This document shows, piece after piece, positions 40,810 to 51,178 of a DNA stretch of 64,000 nucleotides (positions within the stretch are counted from its first letter, which is position 1; every line of letters starts with the position of its first letter). Both the position numbers and the translations under genes were made by a program. The stretch covers positions 6,538 through 70,537 of the forward strand of contig JAGVZD010000003.1 of assembly GCA_018302805.1 (NCBI GenBank). The letters are read 5' to 3'. The DNA comes from Candidatus Woesearchaeota archaeon (GTDB taxonomy: Archaea > Nanobdellota > Nanobdellia > SCGC-AAA011-G17 > JAGVZF01). The notes under the pieces were generated by a model that worked only from the letters and a program-made list of their open reading frames with translations, made no database searches and was not told where the DNA came from.

Positions 40810-40865
40810 AAACCACACCACAACCTTTTTAAATCCTAGCCTTTACTATAAATTTCTACTTGAAA

Positions 40866-41714
40866 ATGGATATTCAAATACTTAAAGAAGAAGAGCTCTA
40901 TTTGAGATTTATAATTAAGGATGTTACTAGTTCTTACATTAATACACTTAGAAGAATGATGAATACAGAAGTACCAATTATGGCAATTGATGAAGTAAAC
41001 TTCATTGTAAATGATTCGGCTTTATATGATGAAATGATAGCTCATCGTTTAGCTCTAACACCTTTAAAAACAGACCTTCAAAGTTATGAATTAAAGGAAA
41101 AATGTACTTGCAAAGGTGTTGGATGTGCCAAATGTCAATTAGTTTTTTCACTTAAAGTTAAAGGACCAAATACTGTTTATGCATCTGATTTAAAGTCCCA
41201 GGATCCAAAAGTAATTCCAGTTCATGCAAGAATGCCTATTACAAAATTAAGTGATAATCAAGTTCTTGAAATTGAAGCAACTGCAAAACTTGGTATAGGA
41301 AAAGAACATATAAAATTCTCTCCTGGATTAATTTATTATCAAGCATATCCTGAAATAAAGTTAAAAGGTGAAATTCCAAATCCTGAAAAATATAAAGACA
41401 TTTGTCCAACCCATGTATTTGAAGTTGAAAATAATAAACTTGTGATTAAAAATTTGTTAAATTGCGATATGTGTATGGCTTGTGTAGAAGCAAATCCTGA
41501 TGATAGCATTGAAGTTAGACCAAGTAAAACAGATTTTATTTTGACTATTGAAGCCTATGGTCAATTATCAGCAAGACAAATTTTTGAAGAAGCAATTCAT
41601 ATTTTTGATGAAAAATTAGATTCTTTTAACAAAAAAATTAAAGAAGGGGAAGAAAGTAAGATTTCTAAGATTACAGAAAGGATAAAAATTAAGAAAAAAG
41701 CCCAACCTATTTAA
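40866..41714 (+). CDS. rpoD: RNA polymerase subunit D (Rpo3) with Fe-S domain
   Basis: NTLRR, EVPIMAI, NDSALYDEMIAHRL, ICP...CDMCMAC. Confidence 0.96.
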   Translation: MDIQILKEEELYLRFIIKDVTSSYINTLRRMMNTEVPIMAIDEVNFIVNDSALYDEMIAHRLALTPLKTDLQSYELKEKCTCKGVGCAKCQLVFSLKVKGPNTVYASDLKSQDPKVIPVHARMPITKLSDNQVLEIEATAKLGIGKEHIKFSPGLIYYQAYPEIKLKGEIPNPEKYKDICPTHVFEVENNKLVIKNLLNCDMCMACVEANPDDSIEVRPSKTDFILTIEAYGQLSARQIFEEAIHIFDEKLDSFNKKIKEGEESKISKITERIKIKKKAQPI

Positions 41715-41794
41715 CTTTTATTAATTATTGGCTATAAACGATAAAAAGAATATTGCAGTTAAATTTATAAGTTCTGAACTAGAAAATTTATTAA

Positions 41795-41829
41795 TTAGAG
41801 TCACTTTTAGGCTTCAAAGTGTCCTCTAA
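41795..41829. promoter_or_regulatory. inverted repeat upstream of the surA/giant-gene locus
   Basis: TTAGAGTCACTTT...AAAGTGTCCTCTAA just upstream of TTTATATA. Confidence 0.4.
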
Positions 41830-41887
41830 GTACAATAATATTTATATATTACAAATTCCACACTTTTATTCTTAAGTGGGGGTAATT

Positions 41888-42505
41888 ATGAAAAAAAGGT
41901 GGATAATAATCTTAGCTATAGGTATAACATTAAGTCTCACACTGATATTTTCCAAGTTTATTAATTCTCCAACAGAAGAAATCCATTATAATGGAAAGGA
42001 TATAGAAGTTAATTCTGAGACAATTGCTTCAGATGATATTGAAAAGGAATATCAACAATCAAAAAATCTTGGGTTTAGTAATTTAGAAGTATCAAAAGAT
42101 GATATAGCAAACTCCCTCATAAATGAAAAATTACTTCTTCAAAGAGCAGATAAAATCGGAATAATAGTATCTGATGAAGAGCAGGAAAATACTTTTAATA
42201 ATTTTTTAACAAATTCTAAATTATCTGAAGAAGAACTTAATACACAGCTTGAATCAACAGGATCCAATTTGGAAGAATTTAAACTTGAATTAAAAAATTA
42301 TTTAATAATATCAAAATTGATTGATAAAGAAGTTAAACCAAATGAAATTACATTAAGTGATAAAGAATTTAATGAGCTGACGCAAGATGACCTAGATCTT
42401 CAAAATGTTAAATTCCTAATTGAAGATGAACTAATAATCCAGAAAAAACAAGAAGCTATTGATAATTATATTGAAAAATTAAGAAACGGAGCTGATATTA
42501 ATTAA
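41888..42505 (+). CDS. membrane-anchored SurA/PrsA N-terminal-domain chaperone
   Basis: N-terminal TM, VNSETI, LINEKLLLQRADKIGIIVSDEE, YIEKLRNGADI; no PPIase domain. Confidence 0.85.
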   Translation: MKKRWIIILAIGITLSLTLIFSKFINSPTEEIHYNGKDIEVNSETIASDDIEKEYQQSKNLGFSNLEVSKDDIANSLINEKLLLQRADKIGIIVSDEEQENTFNNFLTNSKLSEEELNTQLESTGSNLEEFKLELKNYLIISKLIDKEVKPNEITLSDKEFNELTQDDLDLQNVKFLIEDELIIQKKQEAIDNYIEKLRNGADIN

Positions 42506-42761
42506 ACTTTTACCTATTAAAAGAGTTGAATTTATACTTATCTTGATATTACTATTTCTCAACTTTGCTGTTTCTTTTATTCCGCTACAAAAACATTTCG
42601 TTAAGCATTGCATGCATAGAAAACCAGCCACTCGAAGGGCCAAAAATGGTCGGAGAGACAGGCTTCTAAGTTATGAACGTCACAAACATTATAGGAAATC
42701 TAACCACGTCACGACTGGTATCGGTATTAGTGGGGCCGGCCTGATGAATAGGAGAAATGGG

Positions 42762-45700
42762 ATGAGGAATATTTGGATGTTGGGAGTGATATTTGTAGCT
42801 TTATTAGGGTTTTCCCAAGTTGTATGGGCATTAGAACCTTGGGAAATGAAAAAAGAACATATTGGGGTTATTATAGATTCAGGACATGCATTATATGGAA
42901 CCAATGATCCAGATAGTGCTAATGCTAATAGTCAAAACTTTCTTAGATATGATACAAAGAACGCAAAAGGAAAAACTAGAGGAAGATCTTGTATTGATCC
43001 TTCATTAATACCGTCTAATGACATTGATGACACTTGCGGTAAATACCTAAGATTTAATAATTTAAATAGGGTTGTAACTAGAATACAAAATGACTATGTG
43101 GAACCAGAAGGAATGGTTTTTTTTAGCCGTGGTTTACAAGACATACTAAAAACCAATAATATTGCATCTGAAAATACCAGAGATCTTTCTACCCCATTAG
43201 ATGTAATGTTGGGAAATCCTTTCAGAATAGATGCTGTAACATTTAAATTCACTACTAATGAAGATGATGAAACAATCGTTCCGCTATTTATCTATAATCC
43301 CAATACAGTCCTTAGTATTCCACAAATAAATTTACAAGTAACTGTTACTATTACACCAAGTAGAGATGCAATGTCGATTACAGTTTCTCAGCAGAATTCA
43401 GGTGTTATTTATCAGCAAAATATTAATCAAAATACTCCTCAAAACGAGTTTAATAGAGTATTAGCAATCTCAGTCCCTAACCTTCCCTTTCTAAATATTC
43501 AAAGTCCCCCTGGAGTTGAGATCGATAGATTAGAGTCAATAGTAGAACCGATTAATAATATTCACATAAACTATGAAATAGAAACTGATGATTACTGGTT
43601 AGGCGTCAGACGTTCGAATATCGAAAATGATTGGAGACACGGAGCAGTAACATATTTATGTGAAATGCGGGATCCTTCGTTCTGCCCTTTATCGTCATCG
43701 AACCCAACAGACCCCAGTGATGAAAATTTAATAAGAGAATTATTTGGTGAGGAGGTACAGGACAATGATAGAGAAAAGGATTGGATATTGATAAGTTACC
43801 ATTCGAATTCGGGGGGGAATTCTGATACAAGAGGTTTATTTTCATCACGCCCTAATTTTAAGAGAGATGTTCAAATTGGTTCAAGTGATCAAGTCATAAG
43901 TTGTCATAATTTTTTAGAACCTCAAAATAATATCAACGGTGACCCAAGTCGTAAAAATGATCTATTAACACTTTCAAAAGCACGTTTTACCCAATTTTTA
44001 GCTGATGCCATTGTATCAGAAATCCAGAGAAATAACATAAATTGGCCACAACGTGGAAGAATTATTGATGAAGCTGTCTGCGATAAGGAAGGAGCAGTCA
44101 TCTTATCAGGTAGTATACCTTCTTCAATTATTGAACTTACTTTTCATGATAACATCAATAGCCTTAACACGTTACTAGCATATAATAAAATTAATGAAAA
44201 GAATATTGTAGCTCAAGGAACATTCGAAGGCATCAAAAAATTCTTCAATGCTAATGTGGAAAGTACTGATGATCAAGGTCAAAATTGGGATGTTTTCAAT
44301 ATGATCTCTGATTACCCTAATATTGATGATGTTTGGGCTAAAGGTACCGGGTTTCCAAAAAATCATAATATCAGACTTAATGTTGTGCGACACAAGAATT
44401 ATAATACCGATTATACAAGGGGGGAAGATATAAAAAAAATAGCAGTTAATTCTCAAGAAAATGCTGCTAAAATAGGAATTATAACTGACAATTTTGGGAA
44501 TTTCGGTCCTGTAAAAGTCTGGACTCCAACAATGGAAGGTGAATTTGATATCGTTGCTAAAATATATGATTATGAAAAATTTCAGTGGGTTGATGCTGTA
44601 GACAGTATGGAACTAGGTTCGGACGGCAAAAGCAAACCGGGTTTTGAAGTTATGAAATGCGGTAGTATTTGCAGTTATATCTATAGTTCTGATGAATCAA
44701 GTGCTCTAAAAACAAACTTTTTCACAAATGAAAAAGTTTATGCTGCATTCGCACTTGAGAATGATGGCAATGAAGAAGTCCAAGCAAAAATATTTGTTAT
44801 AAAAAATGAAGTAGCTGAGGCTGGTCCTTCATGGCAAAATTTAGCAGACCAAAGTTCTGACGGTCCTGAAGAAATAACAATACCCGCAGGTGTTGGACAA
44901 GTTGAAAGCGGTAAACAGGTTGTATGGTTACCCCCTCTAACTGAAGGCGTGTACAGACTCGTTGTTGACTTAAATAACAACGGATTGTTTGATTCTGCTG
45001 ACAGAATGGCTGCTGATCCTTTTACAGTACGTAATATAATTACACAGCTTGATGCGGATGTAGATCCAGAAGGCAATGTTCATGTTATTGGAATTGCAGA
45101 AAACACAAATTCCAACCCACCACCAATAATTGCAACAAGATTAATGTATGCAAGAATTCCTCATGACTCTAATTATAAGATAGATCTCGAACATCCAGAA
45201 TTATTTGATTGGAGTGTAGCAAAAGAAGTAAAATTTACAGAAATCCCAAGAACACCCGCAAGAATTTCAAATCCTAAGATTGCTGTTGATATGAATGGCG
45301 AACCGTATATTATTTGGGAAAGGCAAACTGCAGATAATAAATGGCTTCAATGGACAAAGTTAACTAAGGATGGTTTAATAGATACCCAATTCTTTTTTGT
45401 TATCAAAAAACAGCAATCTGAAGGTACTCTGGGAGAACCACACCAACTTTTTGAAAATGTTTTCCTTGCTGAAGGTGGATTACTTAATATATCTTCATTT
45501 AGGAGTTCAATAAACGTAAGTGAATCAGTAGCTGTTGCTCCAATAATATTTTATAGATCCCAACCATTTGTGGAATATGATCTAAGAGAGCCAGATATTG
45601 CAATAGATCCACAAGATAATAGGCCAATTATAACAGCTATCATAAATGCAAAAGCTCCATCAACTTTATTTATGCAAAAGATTCTTCCAATTCTATCACT

Positions 45701-48700
45701 AGGTATTAATCCAAACTTTTTCATATACCCATCAGGCACATTTTCTCAAGGTTTTAACCTAATTAATGAAGCAATAATCCCACCTCTATATTTTGCTGAA
45801 AGTGTACAGGTAGCAAAACTTATTGGAACTGAACTTGGTGTTTTTTCATTTGGTTGGCCAAGTGATTATACTCCTGGTGGTGTGAGATATGGACAAGATG
45901 TAGCAGTATTTACCGATACCATGAATGATATTGCAGACCTTGTTAATGATATGGCAATTCCTAGTGAACGTTCCGATCACTGGAAGTGGAGACATTTGGA
46001 TAGTGCAAGTTTACGTACTAATTTTGATATGTTTTCAAATCCACAAATAGAAGTGGATACTCTTAGTAATCTACATGTTATTTATCACAAAGGTTCATCG
46101 ATATTTGTAGGTGCTACAGGAGATGTTTGGGATCCTGATAATCCAAACCACCTCAACTTTGCACCAATTTTAAGAGAAATGGATGTCTTTGTCAATAATT
46201 CTTTTAGCGTAGTCATGTATAAAAAAGTTCCAATTACATCACAGGATCTACCATCAAATTTTAACATGATTAAAATTCCTCAAGCAGGATCAGATCCAAT
46301 TCAAGTGTCCCTAGAAGCATCTCAGGTTAAACCAAATTCTATTGACTTGGCAATTGATTCTGATGGAGAAAGCCACATTGTTTGGCAATCAAATAATAAA
46401 TTGAAATATACAAAGAGTCCAGATTTTGAAGATAATAATGTATCCCAAATTTTGTCTGCAGAATTAGGAATTTCAAAAATTATTATAGATACAAAAAATA
46501 ATCCAATAGTTTTATGGAATGATAAATTAGGTCTTGAAGAGAAATTATTATTAAAAAAAGTTCTAACCATCAATAGAACTGCAAGTTTTAGTCATACAGA
46601 AGAGATTGCAAGTTCTACTAATATCAGAAATCCCCTGTTAGCTATAAATTCTATTTCCAATAATAACACTGGGGCTAATAGAATATATTCTCTTTGGATA
46701 AATTCAAATGATGTTGGTTCTAGAGTATTACTCAAAAGGACAATGCCACATACAACTATTTTACTCATTTTAGATGGTTTTAATAGCTCTGTATTCTATG
46801 ATAATCTAAATTCTATGGATATTTTGAAAGATCTCATCGAAAATAATCCAACAGTTAATGGATCTGCTGTTATTCCAAGTCCTTTCCAAACATTTTCATC
46901 ACAAGCTTCTCTTATAACAGCATTGCAACCTGAAAATCATGGTATTCTGGGGGATAATTTCACAAGAGGCGATGGTCAGAATATATCATATATTCCTGAT
47001 AACTCACATGATGTTAATCAAGATCTCAATGTAAGTACAATATATGATTTTCTCAGCACGCACAATAGGAGTAAAGCAGTAATCGCAAGTATAATTACAA
47101 AAGGGGTGGGAGGTCAATTAAACGATAAAATCATACCTCCAACGACAATAGATTGGAATTCCGGTTCAAATAATGCAGAAGATTCTATTAATTCTTATTT
47201 TAATATTTTGAATACCAATGATCAAAATACCTCAAATGATCCAGCAGAATTAATAACTGTTTATGTGTTGAAAAATACACACAATCAGATATCTGATTAT
47301 GCTTCTTATGCAGCAAATGTCGATGATACTATAGGCCTTCTAATAGATAAACTCCAAAACATGAAGATGTTTAACGATACTGTTTTGATTATTACCTCAG
47401 ACCACGGTGAAAGTGGCAATATAAACGATACATTAGTACCTATTATAATTACTGGTCCTGGACTTAATTATTTCAGTGCGCAAGGACAAAGTTTTGAAAT
47501 AGAAGAAAATATCGATATAACAGATATCGGAACAACAACAACATTTTTCGTAGCTGGTAAAAGTTTAGTTGATTCAATGGTTGGCGTTGACGGTCAAAAC
47601 TTATTTGATCCTCAACTCTCCTTTACTGCTGAATCTCCTGTTAGATTGCACTTATACGATGAAGAAGGTAATCATGTAGGCCCCAAAGCAAATAATATCG
47701 AGACTGAAATCCCTCTTTCCTATTACACAGAAGATCCAGAAACTGATGCCAAGGAAATTATTTTACTTCAAGCTCCAGAAAAATATAGATTCGAACTGGA
47801 ATCATATGCTGAAGGGCCAGTTCATTTATCATTAAGGCATTCTAAATTAGGACAAAAAATTTTAATAGAATATCCTGAATTTATTATTGTTAATCATTCA
47901 AGAGGTAAAATCGATGCCATAAATGATGATTTTATCTTGGTATTAGACAAAGATAATAACGGTATTTTTGAAGAGACAATTGAACCTTCAACATCATTAC
48001 AAATTAATCAGAGGAACAATTCAGCAACAATAGATATTCTTAATCTCGAATTAAGAGAACCTATTGAAGTTGATGTTGTAGATAATACTAACGCAAAAAT
48101 AATTTTAGAAGCCTATGAAGAAATTTCCAATGAAAATATACAGATTGAAAAATTAAACTTCATAGAATCAAATGGTTTAATTACTGACAATGTGTTTGGA
48201 GTAGATTTTGCAATTAACATTTCTATGAGTTCTAATATATTAGCTAATACTAGTAGTGAATTAGCAATAGTAATACCAGAAGATATAATTAAAAATAAAG
48301 GTATAGCTAAATATTCTTTGTCCATATTTGAACTTGTCTCAAATGAAAGTATTAATCTTAATTTTAGCGAAGAATCTGAGGCAATAATAATTGTAGATGG
48401 AAATGATGTTTATGTTGATACTTTTGCATTTTTTGATGACAAAACAAACATTTTAACTACAGGAATTTCCGGTCCAGGAACTTTCGTAATACTTGCAACA
48501 GATAAAATACCATCAATTACTGACATTATTATAAATCCAGCAAAAACTTCAATTAGCACTTCAAATATTTCTGTTACATCTTCTGTAATAGACAATCAAG
48601 CTGTATCAAATGTTAGTATAATGTTCAATGGCAATACAATTGAAATGCAACATCTTGGTGGCTCCCAGTATACAGCAACACTTATTGGTCCAACCCAATC

Positions 48701-51173
48701 AGGAAAATATCCTATTTTAATTAGTGCCGTAGATAATAATGGTAACCTTGCTGAAAAAACAATTTTCTATGAACTTGATGATGTAGCACCAAATATAACA
48801 ATAAAATATCCTGGGGATAATAGCTTCTTAATAAGAAATACCTTTGACTTTACATATTTTGTTGATGAATTATCAAATCAAACATTTATATTAGATGGAT
48901 TAGAAACAAATACAAATATTACATCACCTTATAGAACAACTAAAATTAGACTAAATAATTTGTCAGCAGGTCCGCATGAGTTGTCAATAAGAGCAATTGA
49001 TGATGTAGCTAACGAAGCTCTTAAAACTATAAATATTAATGTAGACAGCCATAATACACTAGTTTCAAATCTTCAACTACCTCTCGCATCAAAACCAGGT
49101 TTAGTTATTCCGATTAGTTTCAAAGTGGAAAATACATTATCTTTTGATGAGTCAGAAGTCTTAGCAGAATTGGTTGTAGATAATACAGTAGTTTCTACTC
49201 AAAACCTCTCTTTAGGAGGAAATGAAATAAAGCAATTAAGCTTTGAATATATCTCAATTGCTGGCAGGCATAATATAACAATAAGAACAGTTCCAATTGT
49301 AGGAGAAAGATTCTTAGATGATAATCGTTTAAGTGCAGAATTACTTGTCACAAATAAAATACCTTTACTTCTTGTTGAAGATGATGGTATACAAGAAACT
49401 AATGCATTCATAAATGCAATAGCCACAGCAAATGTTGGTGGCATGCCTGGATTTGATTATGTTCTATGGGATATTGAAGAAAAAGGAATTCCTTCTACAA
49501 ATATACTACAGCAATTAAGGGGGGTTATTTGGTACACAGGAACTTCTGAAGAAACATTAAGTGCTCAAGAAAGGAAGAATATTGAAGAATATGTTGAAAG
49601 TGGTGGTAACTTGTTCATCTCAGGAAGTAAAATTGGTAGTGATATTGGATCAACAGATATCTATAATAATGTATTTAAATCGAAATTTGTAAGTCAATCT
49701 ACTCAAAATATTGTAGAAGGTAAACTATTTACAATTGGTCAAGGCTTCTTATTTGAACTAAATCAGGCAGGAGAAGTTATAACTCCAAGCAGTGGAACAA
49801 AAACAGCATTTGTATATACAGGAGACGGAGCTGCAGGTCTCACATATAATGATGAGATCAAACATATTACTTATTTATCATTTGCATTTGAAAGTATGCC
49901 TACTTTTGATGAGCAAAGAAATTTAATGAGTAAAGTACTTGATTTCTTTGAAATTGATGTAGCTGCCCCAATAATTTCAGATATAAAACCATTATCAGGA
50001 ACAAAATACCCAATTAACACATCAAACATATCAGTAAGCATTAAAACAGATGAAATCGCAAATTGTAGACAAAGCATTACACCAGTATTATTTGAATCAA
50101 TGAATCCATTTGATGTTACAAACTCAAAAACACATTCCACTTCAGTTCAAGATATACAAAATGGTGTTAATACAACCATTAGAATTGCTTGTAAGGACTC
50201 TGATGGAAATATTGGTATTGCTGAATCTCAAATCTTTATATGGAATAGAACATTTAATGCGCCTGTAATTCAACCTATTGATGATTTAACAATTCTTGAA
50301 AATGGGACATTACAACTTCAAGTCCAAGTTTCAGATCCTGAAAATGATGATTTTCAAGTTATACTTGAAGACTTTGAAAGATTAGGAATAACTAGAATTG
50401 CAAACCACTTCACATTTGATAATACAAGTACTTTTAATTTAGAATCAAATTTCGAAGATGCAGGACAGTATTTCTTAAGAATTAAAGTTATAGATTTATA
50501 TAATATAAGCTCAGAAGAATTTAAATTGACAATTGAAAATGTAGATAGACCTCCAATAATAGAGCAAATAAATCCTCAATTCCTAATGGAAGGTAATTAT
50601 TATAATCTAACAGTTATTGCATCTGATCCTGATAATGATCAAATAACATTCTTTGACAGTACTGAATTATTCAATATTAATCAATATCTTGGAAAGATTG
50701 CATTTACACCAAAGCAAAGTCAAATTGGTATTTATACTGTAAACATTACTGCACGAAGTTTACTTTATGAAATTGTGCAGGAGGTTCAATTCATTGTAGT
50801 AGATAATGAAAATAGATCAGCTCTTCCAGTAATAGAATTTATCCCCCCAAAAACAGCTTTTGTAGATCATCCTTTTGAACTTCAAGTAATTGCAAATGAT
50901 TCAGATAGTAGTCAACTTATCTATTTTGATAACTCAGATTTCTTTGATATAACTCCAACAGGATTCATAAATTTCACCCCAACAGAATCACAACTAGGTA
51001 GTCATGTATTTACAATTCAAGTTACAGATGGCACATCATTAGTACATAGACAAATTAACATTTTAATCACTAGACCTCCCTTTGTTAGATTATTACCCAT
51101 TGGAAATATAACTGCTATTGCAGGAGAATTAATTACAATCAGACCAAATATAACATTTGTAAACGGAACATAA
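42762..51173 (+). CDS. giant secreted protein: Amidase_3 + Ig-like + beta-propeller + alkaline-phosphatase/NPP-like + CARDB + GATase-like + cadherin/Ig repeats
   Basis: signal peptide MRNIWMLG...VWA after GGAG; IIDSGH, E(PEG), ISYHSN, PSSIIELTFHDN; LILDGF...ITSDHG; C-terminal SDPDND repeats. Confidence 0.85.
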   Translation: MRNIWMLGVIFVALLGFSQVVWALEPWEMKKEHIGVIIDSGHALYGTNDPDSANANSQNFLRYDTKNAKGKTRGRSCIDPSLIPSNDIDDTCGKYLRFNNLNRVVTRIQNDYVEPEGMVFFSRGLQDILKTNNIASENTRDLSTPLDVMLGNPFRIDAVTFKFTTNEDDETIVPLFIYNPNTVLSIPQINLQVTVTITPSRDAMSITVSQQNSGVIYQQNINQNTPQNEFNRVLAISVPNLPFLNIQSPPGVEIDRLESIVEPINNIHINYEIETDDYWLGVRRSNIENDWRHGAVTYLCEMRDPSFCPLSSSNPTDPSDENLIRELFGEEVQDNDREKDWILISYHSNSGGNSDTRGLFSSRPNFKRDVQIGSSDQVISCHNFLEPQNNINGDPSRKNDLLTLSKARFTQFLADAIVSEIQRNNINWPQRGRIIDEAVCDKEGAVILSGSIPSSIIELTFHDNINSLNTLLAYNKINEKNIVAQGTFEGIKKFFNANVESTDDQGQNWDVFNMISDYPNIDDVWAKGTGFPKNHNIRLNVVRHKNYNTDYTRGEDIKKIAVNSQENAAKIGIITDNFGNFGPVKVWTPTMEGEFDIVAKIYDYEKFQWVDAVDSMELGSDGKSKPGFEVMKCGSICSYIYSSDESSALKTNFFTNEKVYAAFALENDGNEEVQAKIFVIKNEVAEAGPSWQNLADQSSDGPEEITIPAGVGQVESGKQVVWLPPLTEGVYRLVVDLNNNGLFDSADRMAADPFTVRNIITQLDADVDPEGNVHVIGIAENTNSNPPPIIATRLMYARIPHDSNYKIDLEHPELFDWSVAKEVKFTEIPRTPARISNPKIAVDMNGEPYIIWERQTADNKWLQWTKLTKDGLIDTQFFFVIKKQQSEGTLGEPHQLFENVFLAEGGLLNISSFRSSINVSESVAVAPIIFYRSQPFVEYDLREPDIAIDPQDNRPIITAIINAKAPSTLFMQKILPILSLGINPNFFIYPSGTFSQGFNLINEAIIPPLYFAESVQVAKLIGTELGVFSFGWPSDYTPGGVRYGQDVAVFTDTMNDIADLVNDMAIPSERSDHWKWRHLDSASLRTNFDMFSNPQIEVDTLSNLHVIYHKGSSIFVGATGDVWDPDNPNHLNFAPILREMDVFVNNSFSVVMYKKVPITSQDLPSNFNMIKIPQAGSDPIQVSLEASQVKPNSIDLAIDSDGESHIVWQSNNKLKYTKSPDFEDNNVSQILSAELGISKIIIDTKNNPIVLWNDKLGLEEKLLLKKVLTINRTASFSHTEEIASSTNIRNPLLAINSISNNNTGANRIYSLWINSNDVGSRVLLKRTMPHTTILLILDGFNSSVFYDNLNSMDILKDLIENNPTVNGSAVIPSPFQTFSSQASLITALQPENHGILGDNFTRGDGQNISYIPDNSHDVNQDLNVSTIYDFLSTHNRSKAVIASIITKGVGGQLNDKIIPPTTIDWNSGSNNAEDSINSYFNILNTNDQNTSNDPAELITVYVLKNTHNQISDYASYAANVDDTIGLLIDKLQNMKMFNDTVLIITSDHGESGNINDTLVPIIITGPGLNYFSAQGQSFEIEENIDITDIGTTTTFFVAGKSLVDSMVGVDGQNLFDPQLSFTAESPVRLHLYDEEGNHVGPKANNIETEIPLSYYTEDPETDAKEIILLQAPEKYRFELESYAEGPVHLSLRHSKLGQKILIEYPEFIIVNHSRGKIDAINDDFILVLDKDNNGIFEETIEPSTSLQINQRNNSATIDILNLELREPIEVDVVDNTNAKIILEAYEEISNENIQIEKLNFIESNGLITDNVFGVDFAINISMSSNILANTSSELAIVIPEDIIKNKGIAKYSLSIFELVSNESINLNFSEESEAIIIVDGNDVYVDTFAFFDDKTNILTTGISGPGTFVILATDKIPSITDIIINPAKTSISTSNISVTSSVIDNQAVSNVSIMFNGNTIEMQHLGGSQYTATLIGPTQSGKYPILISAVDNNGNLAEKTIFYELDDVAPNITIKYPGDNSFLIRNTFDFTYFVDELSNQTFILDGLETNTNITSPYRTTKIRLNNLSAGPHELSIRAIDDVANEALKTININVDSHNTLVSNLQLPLASKPGLVIPISFKVENTLSFDESEVLAELVVDNTVVSTQNLSLGGNEIKQLSFEYISIAGRHNITIRTVPIVGERFLDDNRLSAELLVTNKIPLLLVEDDGIQETNAFINAIATANVGGMPGFDYVLWDIEEKGIPSTNILQQLRGVIWYTGTSEETLSAQERKNIEEYVESGGNLFISGSKIGSDIGSTDIYNNVFKSKFVSQSTQNIVEGKLFTIGQGFLFELNQAGEVITPSSGTKTAFVYTGDGAAGLTYNDEIKHITYLSFAFESMPTFDEQRNLMSKVLDFFEIDVAAPIISDIKPLSGTKYPINTSNISVSIKTDEIANCRQSITPVLFESMNPFDVTNSKTHSTSVQDIQNGVNTTIRIACKDSDGNIGIAESQIFIWNRTFNAPVIQPIDDLTILENGTLQLQVQVSDPENDDFQVILEDFERLGITRIANHFTFDNTSTFNLESNFEDAGQYFLRIKVIDLYNISSEEFKLTIENVDRPPIIEQINPQFLMEGNYYNLTVIASDPDNDQITFFDSTELFNINQYLGKIAFTPKQSQIGIYTVNITARSLLYEIVQEVQFIVVDNENRSALPVIEFIPPKTAFVDHPFELQVIANDSDSSQLIYFDNSDFFDITPTGFINFTPTESQLGSHVFTIQVTDGTSLVHRQINILITRPPFVRLLPIGNITAIAGELITIRPNITFVNGT

Positions 51174-51178
51174 TTAAA

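Noticed and set aside
42741-42760. CTGATGA...GAAA resembling a hammerhead ribozyme core
   Set aside because: The intervening ATAGGA cannot form stem II, no convincing stems I/III, and it overlaps the likely SD
42543-42761. ORF-track start (TTG 42543) for the 2876-aa protein
   Set aside because: Signal peptide and GGAG SD point to ATG 42762; upstream extension kept only as a hypothesis
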